A DNA stretch of 64,000 nt from Dehalococcoidia bacterium (lineage in GTDB: Bacteria > Chloroflexota > Dehalococcoidia > UBA2979). Both the position numbers and the translations under genes were made by a program. The notes below the pieces were generated by a model. It was not told the DNA's origin, searched no databases, and saw nothing but the letters and a program-made list of their open reading frames with translations. Below, piece by piece: positions 20,722-30,628 of the stretch (its first letter is position 1; each line of letters begins with the position of its first letter). The DNA is taken from positions 2,784,001 to 2,848,000 of the forward strand of contig OZ253555.1 of assembly GCA_965262725.1 (NCBI GenBank), given 5' to 3'.

Positions 20722-22329
20722 GTGTCGATGGGTCAGGGGGACACCATCGACGCCTCTGCCTTCGACGCCGCCCTGCACGTGGCCGAGGGCTGGCTGACCG
20801 CGAACCGCGATGCCGTCAACGCGATCAACGTCTACCCGGTGCCGGACGGCGACACCGGCACCAACATGCTGCTCACCCACCGCGCCGCACTCGACGCGGC
20901 GGAAGCCGCGGCGGGGAGCGGGATCGGCGACTACTCACGGGCACTTGCCGAGGGCGCGCTGCTGGGGGCGCGCGGCAACAGCGGCGTCATCTTCTCGCAG
21001 ATGTTGCGCGGGATCGCGGAGGAGTTCGCCGGCCACCACGCCGTTGAGGTGCACAGGCTCTGCTCGGCGCTCGTGGGGGCGGCCCGCGCCGCCGACGAGG
21101 CGGTCGGCGAACCCGTCGAGGGCACGATGCTGACGGTGATGCGCGACGCGGCCCGTGCCGGCGCCACCTCCGCCGAGCGCGACGGCGAACTCCCAGCCGC
21201 TCTCGACAGCGTCGTGAGCGAGGCCGAAGCGAGCCTTGAGCGGACGCCGGAGCTGTTGCCGCGGCTGCGTGAGGCGGGCGTCGTCGACGCCGGGGGGATG
21301 GGCATCGCGGTCCTGCTGCAGGGACTCCGTAGTGGTCTCACCGGGGCGCCGCTCCCGCCGCCGCCGCCGGCCCCCATCGGCGAGGTCGAGCTCACCGGCG
21401 TCGCGCACGAGGGCCACGGCTACTGCACCGAGTACGTGGTCCGGGGCGCATCACTCGATCGCGGAGCCCTGGAGCGGGCACTGGGGGCCGTGGGCGGCGA
21501 GTCGCTCCTGGTGGTCGGGGACGCCCGGGCGCTCCACGTCCACGCCCACGTCGAGGATCCCGGGCCCGCGATCTCCGCCGGCGCCCAGGCGGGGGCGCTC
21601 GAGGCCGTGAAGGTCGAGAACATGCAGGCGCAGCACGACGAGTGGGCGGCCGGGCACCGCGGCGGCGGCGAGCCGCCCCGCCTGGGGCTGGTTGCGGTGG
21701 CGGCCGGGCCGGGGCTCGCGGCCGCCTTCCGCGACCTCGGCGCGTCGGCGATCGTCGAAGGCGGACCGACCTTCAACCCCTCGGCGGGCGAGCTGCTCGA
21801 GGCGGCGCGGCGCGCCGGTCTCGAGCACGTCTTCCTGCTCCCGAACGACTCGAACGTGCTGCTGGCGGCCGAGCAGGCAGCGTCCCAGGAACCGGATCTC
21901 ATCACCGTGATCCCGGCGCGATCGACGCCCGCCGGCCTCAGCGCCGCCCTCGGCTACCAGCCGGACGGTGAGCCCGCGGAGGTGCTCGCCCAGATGACGG
22001 CCCAGCTCGCCGACGTGCGGGCCGTGGAAGTCACACGCGCTGTTCGCGACACGACGATCGACGGGATTGACGTCGAGACCGGCGATGCGATCGCCCTCGT
22101 CGACGGTCGTCTCGTCGCCCGGGCCGAATCGCTCGAGGAGGCATTGCTCGCGGCCCTCGGCCCCCTCGCGGCGGGAGCCGAGGTGGTGACCATCTACCTC
22201 GGCGGCGGGACCGACCCCGGCTCGGGCGAGGCGGTGAAGCGCCTCATCGTGGACGCGCACTCAGACCTGGAGGTCGACGTGCTTGCAGGCGGACAACCGC
22301 ACTACCCCTACCTTGCGAGCGTCGAATAG
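20722..22329 (+). CDS. DAK2-domain protein (fatty acid kinase FakA/YloV-like)
   Basis: NVYPVPDGDTGTNM, GARGNSG, VVDAGG, GYCTE, GGQPHY. Confidence 0.9.
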   Translation: MSMGQGDTIDASAFDAALHVAEGWLTANRDAVNAINVYPVPDGDTGTNMLLTHRAALDAAEAAAGSGIGDYSRALAEGALLGARGNSGVIFSQMLRGIAEEFAGHHAVEVHRLCSALVGAARAADEAVGEPVEGTMLTVMRDAARAGATSAERDGELPAALDSVVSEAEASLERTPELLPRLREAGVVDAGGMGIAVLLQGLRSGLTGAPLPPPPPAPIGEVELTGVAHEGHGYCTEYVVRGASLDRGALERALGAVGGESLLVVGDARALHVHAHVEDPGPAISAGAQAGALEAVKVENMQAQHDEWAAGHRGGGEPPRLGLVAVAAGPGLAAAFRDLGASAIVEGGPTFNPSAGELLEAARRAGLEHVFLLPNDSNVLLAAEQAASQEPDLITVIPARSTPAGLSAALGYQPDGEPAEVLAQMTAQLADVRAVEVTRAVRDTTIDGIDVETGDAIALVDGRLVARAESLEEALLAALGPLAAGAEVVTIYLGGGTDPGSGEAVKRLIVDAHSDLEVDVLAGGQPHYPYLASVE

Positions 22330-22341
22330 GAGATCACCGCC

Positions 22342-23214
22342 ATGGCCATCCGCATCGTGACCGACTCCACCGCCGACCTCCCCGCCGAAGTGGCCGCGAG
22401 CCTCGGCATCACGGTCGTGCCGCTCTACGTGCACTTCGGGGACGAGCAACTGCGCGACGGGGTCGACATCTCCTCCGAGGAGTTTTTCGAGCGACTCCAG
22501 CGCGAGTCGCGCACGCCCACCACGTCGCAGCCACCGGCGGGCGCGTTCCGCGACGTCTACCGCAATCTCGCCGCTGACGGATCGGAGATCGTCTCCATCC
22601 ACGTCTCGTCGAAGCTCTCCGGCACCTTCGCCTCCGCCCAGCAGGGGGCCGCCGGTCTCGAGGGAACCGAGGTGCGCGTGGTCGACTCGGGCACCGCCTC
22701 GATGGCTCTCGGCATGGCGGCGATCGCCGCCGTCGAGGCCGCCGGACGCGGCGCCTCCATCGACGGCGTCGTGGCGGCCGCCGAGGATCTCCTCGGACGC
22801 TCGCACATGCTCGTCATCTTCGACACCCTGGAGTACCTGCGCCGGGGCGGGCGCATTGGTCGCGGCATGGAGCTCATCGGCACGCTCGCGAGACTCAAGC
22901 CCATCGCCACGGTGCGCGACGGCGAGGTTGCCGCCGCCGGGCGTGTGCGCACCAAGAACAAGGCGATCGAGGAGGTGCTGCGTCGCTTCGCGGAGCTCCG
23001 CCCCCTGGAGCGCGCGGGCGTCGTGCACGCCACGACGCCGGACGAGTGCGACTACGTCGCCGAGCGGCTGCGCGGGCTGGCACCGGAGATCCCGATCACG
23101 CAGAGCCGCATCGGCCCCGTGCTCGGCGTCCATGCCGGCCCGGGCGTGCTCGGCGCAACGGTGGTGGCGGCCGCTCCCGCCACCGGCGAGGGCTCCCCGC
23201 CGACGGGAGCGTGA
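22342..23214 (+). CDS. DegV-family fatty acid-binding protein (FakB-like)
   Basis: IVTDSTADL, TTSQP, SSKLSGT, LEYLRRGGRIG, HAGPG. Confidence 0.93.
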   Translation: MAIRIVTDSTADLPAEVAASLGITVVPLYVHFGDEQLRDGVDISSEEFFERLQRESRTPTTSQPPAGAFRDVYRNLAADGSEIVSIHVSSKLSGTFASAQQGAAGLEGTEVRVVDSGTASMALGMAAIAAVEAAGRGASIDGVVAAAEDLLGRSHMLVIFDTLEYLRRGGRIGRGMELIGTLARLKPIATVRDGEVAAAGRVRTKNKAIEEVLRRFAELRPLERAGVVHATTPDECDYVAERLRGLAPEIPITQSRIGPVLGVHAGPGVLGATVVAAAPATGEGSPPTGA

Positions 23215-25730
23215 GCGCCGACCTCGCGCGCCTCGGCGAGATCCTCCGGCGGGAGCTCAAGGCCGACTGCACCGATCTCCTCGTCACGGGCGGACTCGAT
23301 ACCCTTCTCCGCCGGCAGGCGCGGAATGAGGAACCTCGCTCGCCCCTCCTGCGGATGGTCGCCGCACTACCTGCGAGCGGCTATCGCGCCCTCGACCCGG
23401 AGGAGCGGCGCCGCTGGCTGCGGCGCGCGCTCGCCACGCTTTCGGAGGAGCAGGACGGGAGCGCTCGCGCCGGCGCGGAGAGCCGAGGCGGCGCCCCGGC
23501 GCGGCGCCGCCCCACCCGCGCCCGGCCGGGCAGCCCGGCCGCGATCCCCGAGGGGGCCGCGGCGCTGGACCTTCCGATCGCGCGCGCGGGCGTCCGGGTG
23601 GGAAGGGCGACGATCCCGCGCCTCGAGCGCCTCGGCCTAGACACGGTGGGCGACGCCCTCCGCCACTTCCCCTACCGACACCTCGACTTCAGTCGGATCG
23701 TCCCGGTCACGCAGCTCCGCATCGGCATGGAGCAGACGGTGCGCGGGCGCCTGGACCGGGTGCGAGAGGTCCGCATGGGCCGCGGCGGCCGGATGCGCTC
23801 CACCGAGGCGACGGTCTCCGATCAGTCGGGTGCGTCGATCCGCGTCATCTGGTTCAACCAGCCTTACCTTGCGCGGCAGCTGCGCGAGGGCTCCGAAGTA
23901 GCGATCGCCGGTAGCGTGCGCGCCTTCCGCGGGCGCCTCACATTCGACAACCCCGAATTCGAGCTGATGGGAACGGACGAGCACGGCCGCCACACGGGGC
24001 GGCTCGTCCCCGTCTACCGCCTCACCGCGGGGCTCGCCCAGCGCACCCTGCGCTCGCTCGTCGCCTCGCTCGTCGAGCGCTACGTCGACCGCGTCCCGGA
24101 GCCGCTCCCGGATGCGCTCATCGAGCGCCACGGGCTGCCGCCGCTCGCCCACGCAATGCAGCAGCTCCACTACCCCGACGACGCGTCCTCGCTCGCTCAA
24201 GCGCGGCGCCGGCTCGCCTTCGACGAGTTACTCGGCATCCAGATCGGCGTCGTCAGGCGCCGCCGGGCGTGGCGGGAGAGCGAGACCGCCCCCGCGATCG
24301 CCGAGCACGGAGCCGCGCGTGCCTTCGTCGCCTCGCTCCCCTTCGATCTGACGGAGGCACAGCGCCGCACGCTGGCCGAGGTGCTCGGAGACCTCGAGCA
24401 CCGGGTGCCGATGTCACGGCTGCTCGAGGGCGACGTCGGCTCGGGGAAGACGGTCGTCGCCCTCGCCGCCATGCTCGACATCGTCGCGGCCGGAAAGCAG
24501 GCGGCTCTCATGGCCCCGACCGAGGTGCTCGCGGAGCAGCACGTGCGCACGATCCGCCGCCTGCTCACCGGATCGGATGAACCGCCCCTCGGCGGAATCG
24601 TGCCCCTGCCCTTCCTCCCTGTGCCTCTGCGGCTGCTCTCCCTCACCGGCGCCTCGCGCGCGAAGGAGCGGCGAGAGGTGCTCGCGGCGCTCGCCCACGA
24701 CGCGACGCCGCAGATCGTCGTCGGGACCCACGCCCTGATCCAGGAAGACGTCGCGCTCCCGAGGCTCGGCCTGGCCGTCGTCGACGAGCAGCACCGCTTC
24801 GGAGTGCGACAGCGCTCGGCGCTACGCGAGCGCGCCCGCCCCCTGGGAGCGCAGGCCTCCCCCGACGGCGGGGCCGACCCGCCCGCCTGCCACCTGCTGG
24901 TGATGACGGCCACGCCGATCCCCCGCTCGCTCGCTCTCACCGTCTACGGCGACCTCGACCTCTCCGTGATCGACGAGATGCCACCCGGACGTCCGCCCAT
25001 CGAGACCCGCTGGCTCGAGAGCGGCGAGCGCCAAGCGGCGTTCGACCGGCTGCGGTCCGAGCTCGACGCGGGGAGGCAGGGATTCGTGATCTGCCCCCTG
25101 GTCGAGGGATCGGAGGCCATCGCCTCCCGTGCGGCGACCGAGGAGTACGAGCGGATCCGGCTCGACGAGTTCCCCGAGCGGGCCGACCGCGTGGCGCTCC
25201 TGCACGGCCGGCTCCCTGCACGGAAGAAGGAGGAAGTGATGGCGCGCTTCGTCTCCGGCGAGGCGCAGGTGCTGGTCTCGACCGCGGTCGTCGAGGTGGG
25301 GATCGACGTGCCGAACGCCACTGTGATGCTGATCGAGGGAGCCGATCGCTTCGGGCTGGCACAGCTCCACCAGTTCCGCGGCCGCGTGGGTCGCGAGCGT
25401 CACCCCTCGTGGTGCTTCCTGCTCGCCGACGAGCCCTCCGAGGAGGCGGTGCGGCGCCTCGCGGTGGTGGAGAGCACGCTCGACGGCTTCGATCTGGCGC
25501 AGGCGGATCTCGAGCTGAGAGGACCCGGCGAACTCTACGGTCTCAGGCAATCGGGGGCCTCCGTGCGAGTAGCGGCCCTGATCGACGCGCAGCTGATCGA
25601 CGCGACGCGACGCGAAGCGACCGAGCTGCTCACCGCCGACCCCGGCCTCGACGCCGCGGCACACGCGGGCCTGCGCGCCCTCGCCGCCGGCTCCGCGACG
25701 AGCGCCGCTGGCGCCGCAGAGGCGCACTAG
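23211..25730 (+). CDS. recG: ATP-dependent DNA helicase RecG
   Basis: GDVGSGKT, DEQHRFG, TATPIPR, VEVGIDVPNA, QFRGRVGR; wedge domain WFNQPY. Confidence 0.95.
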   Translation: MSADLARLGEILRRELKADCTDLLVTGGLDTLLRRQARNEEPRSPLLRMVAALPASGYRALDPEERRRWLRRALATLSEEQDGSARAGAESRGGAPARRRPTRARPGSPAAIPEGAAALDLPIARAGVRVGRATIPRLERLGLDTVGDALRHFPYRHLDFSRIVPVTQLRIGMEQTVRGRLDRVREVRMGRGGRMRSTEATVSDQSGASIRVIWFNQPYLARQLREGSEVAIAGSVRAFRGRLTFDNPEFELMGTDEHGRHTGRLVPVYRLTAGLAQRTLRSLVASLVERYVDRVPEPLPDALIERHGLPPLAHAMQQLHYPDDASSLAQARRRLAFDELLGIQIGVVRRRRAWRESETAPAIAEHGAARAFVASLPFDLTEAQRRTLAEVLGDLEHRVPMSRLLEGDVGSGKTVVALAAMLDIVAAGKQAALMAPTEVLAEQHVRTIRRLLTGSDEPPLGGIVPLPFLPVPLRLLSLTGASRAKERREVLAALAHDATPQIVVGTHALIQEDVALPRLGLAVVDEQHRFGVRQRSALRERARPLGAQASPDGGADPPACHLLVMTATPIPRSLALTVYGDLDLSVIDEMPPGRPPIETRWLESGERQAAFDRLRSELDAGRQGFVICPLVEGSEAIASRAATEEYERIRLDEFPERADRVALLHGRLPARKKEEVMARFVSGEAQVLVSTAVVEVGIDVPNATVMLIEGADRFGLAQLHQFRGRVGRERHPSWCFLLADEPSEEAVRRLAVVESTLDGFDLAQADLELRGPGELYGLRQSGASVRVAALIDAQLIDATRREATELLTADPGLDAAAHAGLRALAAGSATSAAGAAEAH

Positions 25731-25779
25731 ACGCAGCGGGGGAGCGACCCGGTGCTCGTGGAGGGAAAAGCAAGGGGAG

Positions 25780-26406
25780 GTGAGATCGGCATCCTCCAGG
25801 TGGGCAGGCGGCCCCTCCTCCCCCTGCTCTCCAGGTGGACGAGGGGCCGCCTGGCTTGAGCGGAACCACGGCGCGTCCTCCGGCGCCTGGCTGGTCTCGT
25901 GGACGAAGGCCTCGGGGAAGCCCTTCGTCCCCTACACGGAGGCGGTCGATGAGGCGCTCTGCGTCGGTTGGGTGGATTCGCGCCCCAACCGACTCGACGA
26001 GCAGCGCGCTATGAGGCTCTTCACGCCCCGGAACCCGGCGAACCCATGGTCTCGTCTCAACAAGGAGAAGGGCGCGCGCCTCACCGCGCAGCGCCTCATG
26101 GCCCCAGCCGGCATGAGGCTGGTTCAGGCGGCGAAGGCGAACGGGGCCTGGAGCATCTACGACGACGTGGAGGAGCTGGTGGTCCCGCCCGACCTCGCCG
26201 CCGCGCTCGCGACGAACGAGGCAGCCAAGACCTTCCGGGGCTTTCCCGCATCGTCCAGCAAGAACATTCTCTGGTGGATCAAGTCGGCCCGGAGATCCGG
26301 GACGCGGGCCGCGCGCGTCGCGCGGACGGTGGAGCTCGCCGCCGAGAACCGGATGGCCAATCACCCGAGCGGTCGCGACCGTGGACCGACCCCTCGCCCG
26401 GGCTAA
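25780..26406 (+). CDS. YdeI/OmpD-associated family protein (N-terminus uncertain)
   Basis: WLERNH...W...EAVDEALCVGWVDS...FTPR...WSRLNK and VPPDLAAAL...WIKSARR. Confidence 0.7.
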   Translation: MRSASSRWAGGPSSPCSPGGRGAAWLERNHGASSGAWLVSWTKASGKPFVPYTEAVDEALCVGWVDSRPNRLDEQRAMRLFTPRNPANPWSRLNKEKGARLTAQRLMAPAGMRLVQAAKANGAWSIYDDVEELVVPPDLAAALATNEAAKTFRGFPASSSKNILWWIKSARRSGTRAARVARTVELAAENRMANHPSGRDRGPTPRPG

Positions 26407-26864
26407 CGGCGGCGGGAGCGAGCGCCCGTACGCAGTTCCTCGTAGCGCGCGATGAACGCAGGGGGATCGACTGCGGCGATCGTGCGGCCGATGAGCTCGA
26501 GGGGCAGATCGTCGATCCGCCGGAAGCGCACGCAGGACTTCCCCATGTCGTAGCGTTTCCCGCTGTGGCGGTACTCCCGCTCGAACTCCTCCGCGGCGTC
26601 GGGGAACGCGTAGACGCTCGTCAGGTAGAGCGACATGTGGTTCTTCTGCGAGGCGAGCGCCGCGTACATCAGGGGTCTCTTGTTGTACGTGTCGGCGTAG
26701 ACGCGGAGCGGGATCTCGTAGCTGATCATCCCCCAGTTCATCGTCTCCTCGTAGCCCTCCGGGAGGTTCTCGATCACGATTTCGCGCACCGCCTCGAGCG
26801 CCGCCCTCCGCTCCCCCGGAAGGCTCGCGAGATACTCGGCAACAGTCGCCGCGTCGGACCGCAT
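26403..26864 (-). CDS. DUF1801 (YdhG-like) protein
   Basis: VAEYLASLP.ERR, GYEETMNWGMISY, LASQKNHMSLY, DMGKSCVRF. Confidence 0.85.
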   Translation of the reverse strand: MRSDAATVAEYLASLPGERRAALEAVREIVIENLPEGYEETMNWGMISYEIPLRVYADTYNKRPLMYAALASQKNHMSLYLTSVYAFPDAAEEFEREYRHSGKRYDMGKSCVRFRRIDDLPLELIGRTIAAVDPPAFIARYEELRTGARSRRR

Positions 26865-26992
26865 CGCCCCTCCTCCCGGCGCCAGGGGCGATGATACGAC
26901 GCCCCTGCGGGCGCCCGCCGCGCTCCTGTCGCCTCCGCTGGGGCGGCGCTACACTCGCTTCTTCGGGGCGCAAGGCGGGGGGCGCGGTCGAG

Positions 26993-28663
26993 ATGATCCG
27001 GGACGAGTTCGCGATTCTGGTGGCCCGCGCGCTCGCCGGCGCACAGGCTGCGGGTGACCTGCCCGCGTTCGCGGCGCCCGAGGTCGAGCTCCAGCACCCG
27101 CAGCGACCCGAGCATGGCGACTACTCCGCCAACCTGCCGCTCCGCATCCAGAGTCTCGTGCGCATGCGTGCCGTCGAGATCGCCACCGCCCTTCAGCGAC
27201 ACCTCCCACCCCACGAGGCGCTCGCCGAGGCGCGGGTCGCGCCGCCGGGATTCCTGAACCTCTACCTCACGCCGGGCTGGGTTGCCTCGCGGGCGGCGAC
27301 TATCGCCCGCCACGGCGAGCACTACGCCACGAGCGATCGGGGCGGGGGGGCGCGCGTTCAGGTCGAGTACGTCTCCGCGAATCCCACGGGACCGTTGCAC
27401 GTCGGCAACGGGCGCGGGGCCGCGATCGGCTCCACGCTCGCGAACGTGCTGCGAGCGTGGGGCTACGAGGTAGAGGAGGAGTACTACATCAACGATGCGG
27501 GGACGCAGGTCGCGATCTTCGCGCGGACGCTCTATGCACGCTATCAGCAGATCTTCGGCCGCGACGCGCCGATCCCCGAGAACGGCTACCCCGGCGAGTA
27601 CATCACAGGGATCGCCGGCCGCATCCGGGACGAGGACGGCGACCGCTACCTGAGGCCCGAGGGCGAGGAGCCCGACCACCGGCTCGGCGAGCGCGGCATC
27701 GACCTGATGCTCGACGGGATCCGGAGGGACCTCGAGACCATCGGCGTGCGCTACTCGACCTGGTACTCGGAGCGCACGCTGCAGGCCGAGGGCGGGCCCT
27801 ACCACACCGTGCTCGGGCGCCTGCGCGACCGCGGGCACGTCGTCGAACGGGAGGGCGCCGTCTGGTTCGCCTCCTCCGAGATCGGGGAGGAGAAGGACAA
27901 CGTCCTGATCCGCTCGGACGGCCTCCCGACGTACTTCGCCACTGACATCGCCTACCACTTCGACAAGCTGGTGACGCGCGGATTCGAGCGCACCATCGAC
28001 ATCTGGGGCGCCGACCACCAGGGCCACGTCTCGCGGCTGAAGGCGGCGATGCGGGCGCTCGACACCTCACCGGAGGCGCTCGATGTCGTTCTCTACCAGC
28101 TGGTCACGCTGAAGCGCGGCGACCGGGTCGTCCCGCTCTCCAAGCGCGCGGGGGAATTGGTCACGCTCGCCGACGTGGTCGAGGAGGTCGGCTCAGACGC
28201 CACGCGCTTCTTCTTCCTGCTGCCCTCCGCGGGGGCGGCTATGGACTTCGACCTCGAGCTCGCGAAGCGGCGCTCCGACGATAATCCCGTCTACTACGTG
28301 CAGTACGCGCACGCCCGCATCCGGGGCATCATCGATCGGGCGAGCGAGACCGGCCTCTCCGCGGCCGGCGCCGACACAGCCCTTCTGACGCACGACGCCG
28401 AGCAGACGCTTCTGCGCAAGCTTCTCCTCCTCCCCGAGGTGATCGAGACCGTCGTCCGCGAACTGGCGCCCCACCACCTGCCGCACTACGCGCAGGAGCT
28501 GGCGCAGGCATTCCACGTCTTCTACACGCAGTGCCGCGTCGTGGACGAGCAGGAGCCGGAGCTCTCGCGGGCGCGGCTCCTCCTGCTCGAGGCGACGCGC
28601 GTCGTGCTGGCGCGCACGCTGGGCCTCATGTCAATCTCGGCACCGGATCGAATGCAGCGATGA
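26993..28663 (+). CDS. argS: Arginine--tRNA ligase
   Basis: HGDYSAN, EYVSANPTGPLHVGNGR, WGADHQG, LSKRAG, YYVQYAHAR. Confidence 0.97.
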   Translation: MIRDEFAILVARALAGAQAAGDLPAFAAPEVELQHPQRPEHGDYSANLPLRIQSLVRMRAVEIATALQRHLPPHEALAEARVAPPGFLNLYLTPGWVASRAATIARHGEHYATSDRGGGARVQVEYVSANPTGPLHVGNGRGAAIGSTLANVLRAWGYEVEEEYYINDAGTQVAIFARTLYARYQQIFGRDAPIPENGYPGEYITGIAGRIRDEDGDRYLRPEGEEPDHRLGERGIDLMLDGIRRDLETIGVRYSTWYSERTLQAEGGPYHTVLGRLRDRGHVVEREGAVWFASSEIGEEKDNVLIRSDGLPTYFATDIAYHFDKLVTRGFERTIDIWGADHQGHVSRLKAAMRALDTSPEALDVVLYQLVTLKRGDRVVPLSKRAGELVTLADVVEEVGSDATRFFFLLPSAGAAMDFDLELAKRRSDDNPVYYVQYAHARIRGIIDRASETGLSAAGADTALLTHDAEQTLLRKLLLLPEVIETVVRELAPHHLPHYAQELAQAFHVFYTQCRVVDEQEPELSRARLLLLEATRVVLARTLGLMSISAPDRMQR

Positions 28664-29739
28664 CCGAGAGCAAACCCGCGACCGCGCCGGCGGAGGGCGC
28701 CGCGGCCGAGGACGTCGCCCAGGCGCGGCAGCGGATCCTGACGGGAGTACGACCCACGGGCCCGCTCCATCTCGGCCACTACGCCGGGGCGCTCGAGAAT
28801 TGGCTCCGGCTCCAGCGCGAGTACGACTGCTTCTTCCTGATCGCCGACTACCAGGTGTCCGACTACGCCTCCGACATCGATCTGGTGCGCCGGGGCGTGC
28901 TCGAGGTCGCGCTCGACTGGCTCGCGGTGGGGCTCGACCCCGAGAGGAGCCACTTCGTCATCGAGAGCCACGTGCCGGAGCACGCCGAGCTCACCGTATG
29001 GCTCTCCTGGTGGATCGGCCTGGGGCGGCTCGAGCGCAATCCGACGCTCAAAGCCGAGATGGCCGAGCTCGAATCGCGTTCCGACTCGGCTGTGCCGGTG
29101 GCGTTCTTCACCTACCCGGTGATGCAGGTCGCCAACATCCTGCTCCCGCGAGCGCACCTGGTGCCGACGGGCGAGGACCAGTCGCCGCACATCGAGCTGA
29201 CGCGCGAGGTGGCGCGCCGATTCAACCGGCTCTTCGGCTACACCTTCCCGGTGCCACGCGGCCTGATCGGGCGCGTGCCGCGGCTGGTGGGGACCGACGG
29301 CAGCGCGAAAATGGGGAAGTCGACCGGCAACGCCATCGACCTCCGGGACGACGCGGAGACCGTCACCGCCAAGGTCAGGGGGATGTACACCGACCCGACG
29401 CGGCTGCGGGCGACCGATCCCGGTCACGTCGAGGACAACCCGGTCTTCATGTATCACGACGCCTTCAACCCCAACACCGACGAGGTGAACGAGCTCAAGG
29501 AGCGCTACCGCGCGGGCCGCGTCGGAGATGTCGAGGTGAAGACGAGGCTCGCGGCGGCGCTGAACACCTTCCTCGACCCGATCCGGGAGCGGAGGGCGCA
29601 CTACGAGGGGCGCCCCGAGCTCGTGCGCGAGGCGCTCGCCGCGGGATCGAAGCACGCCCGCGCGATCGGCCGCGAGACGATGGCGGACGTGCGGGCCGCT
29701 CTGCGCCTCGACGACATCGGCGGCACCCCCACGAGGTGA
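28660..29739 (+). CDS. trpS: Tryptophan--tRNA ligase
   Basis: TGVRPTGPLHLGHY, YPVMQVA, VPTGEDQ, KMGKS. Confidence 0.95.
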   Translation: MTESKPATAPAEGAAAEDVAQARQRILTGVRPTGPLHLGHYAGALENWLRLQREYDCFFLIADYQVSDYASDIDLVRRGVLEVALDWLAVGLDPERSHFVIESHVPEHAELTVWLSWWIGLGRLERNPTLKAEMAELESRSDSAVPVAFFTYPVMQVANILLPRAHLVPTGEDQSPHIELTREVARRFNRLFGYTFPVPRGLIGRVPRLVGTDGSAKMGKSTGNAIDLRDDAETVTAKVRGMYTDPTRLRATDPGHVEDNPVFMYHDAFNPNTDEVNELKERYRAGRVGDVEVKTRLAAALNTFLDPIRERRAHYEGRPELVREALAAGSKHARAIGRETMADVRAALRLDDIGGTPTR

Positions 29740-30590
29740 GCCCAACCGAGAGCGCCCGCGCGGCGCTCCCCGTCACCCGCAGCGGCGAGGACGCGCTGAC
29801 CACGGCCGTTCGACTGGCTCGCGCCGCCGGCTCCCTCGTACGCGACGCCTCCCTCGGGGCGCGACCATACGAGCGCAAGGGGCGCATCGACTTTGTCACC
29901 GCGGCCGACCGCGCCTCGGAGGCCCTCATCATCGACGGATTGGGCGAGGCGTATCCCGGCCACGCGGTGCTCTCCGAGGAGTCACACCCCGACACGCCGT
30001 GGGCCGAGGGAGAGCTCTGGGTCGTCGATCCGCTCGACGGCACCCGCAACTTCACGGCCGGCATCCCGCTCTACTGCGTGACGCTGGCCTACGTCCGGGA
30101 TGGAACGCCCCGGCTCGGCGTGACCTACGACCCCAACCGCGACTGGTGCCTGGCCGGCGGGCCCGGTCTCGGGCTTGCGGCGAACGGCCGGATGGTTGGC
30201 GCCACCCAGGCCCGCGATCTCGCCTCCTCGCTGGTGGTCGCCGATCTCGGCCACGACGACGAGCGTGCCGCCGGCACGCTCGATCTCATGAGCAGCCTGT
30301 GGCCGGGCGTACAGGGCTACCGCGTGGTCGGTTCGGCCGCTCTGGGGCTCGCCTGGTCCGCCGCCGGTCTCTGCGACCTCATGGTCCATGGCTCCGTCTG
30401 GCCGTGGGACATCGCGGCGGCGCTAGCAATGGTGCCGGCGGGCGGCGGGGTGGTGCTCGACGAGGACGCGTCACCGGCCACACTTGGATCCCGCAGCGTC
30501 GTGGCGGGCGCCCGGCGGCCGGCCCGCGAGCTGCTGGAGCGGCGCGCCGGCTGGCCCGGCCCACCGTCGAAACCGGTGCCCCGCGGCTAA
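29736..30590 (+). CDS. Inositol monophosphatase-family protein
   Basis: DFVTAAD, SEE, WVVDPLDGTRNF, GSAAL, WDIAA. Confidence 0.9.
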   Translation: MSPTESARAALPVTRSGEDALTTAVRLARAAGSLVRDASLGARPYERKGRIDFVTAADRASEALIIDGLGEAYPGHAVLSEESHPDTPWAEGELWVVDPLDGTRNFTAGIPLYCVTLAYVRDGTPRLGVTYDPNRDWCLAGGPGLGLAANGRMVGATQARDLASSLVVADLGHDDERAAGTLDLMSSLWPGVQGYRVVGSAALGLAWSAAGLCDLMVHGSVWPWDIAAALAMVPAGGGVVLDEDASPATLGSRSVVAGARRPARELLERRAGWPGPPSKPVPRG

Positions 30591-30628
30591 CGGCCGACAC
30601 CGGTGGCACGCCCTCCGGGCTGCCTCGC

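Noticed and set aside
26865-26992. T-box leader for argS-trpS
   Set aside because: The region is short and has no T-box consensus or terminator
28800-30590. 596-aa ORF suggesting a long inositol monophosphatase fusion
   Set aside because: The N-terminal half is an off-frame overlap with trpS; the real gene starts at GTG 29736
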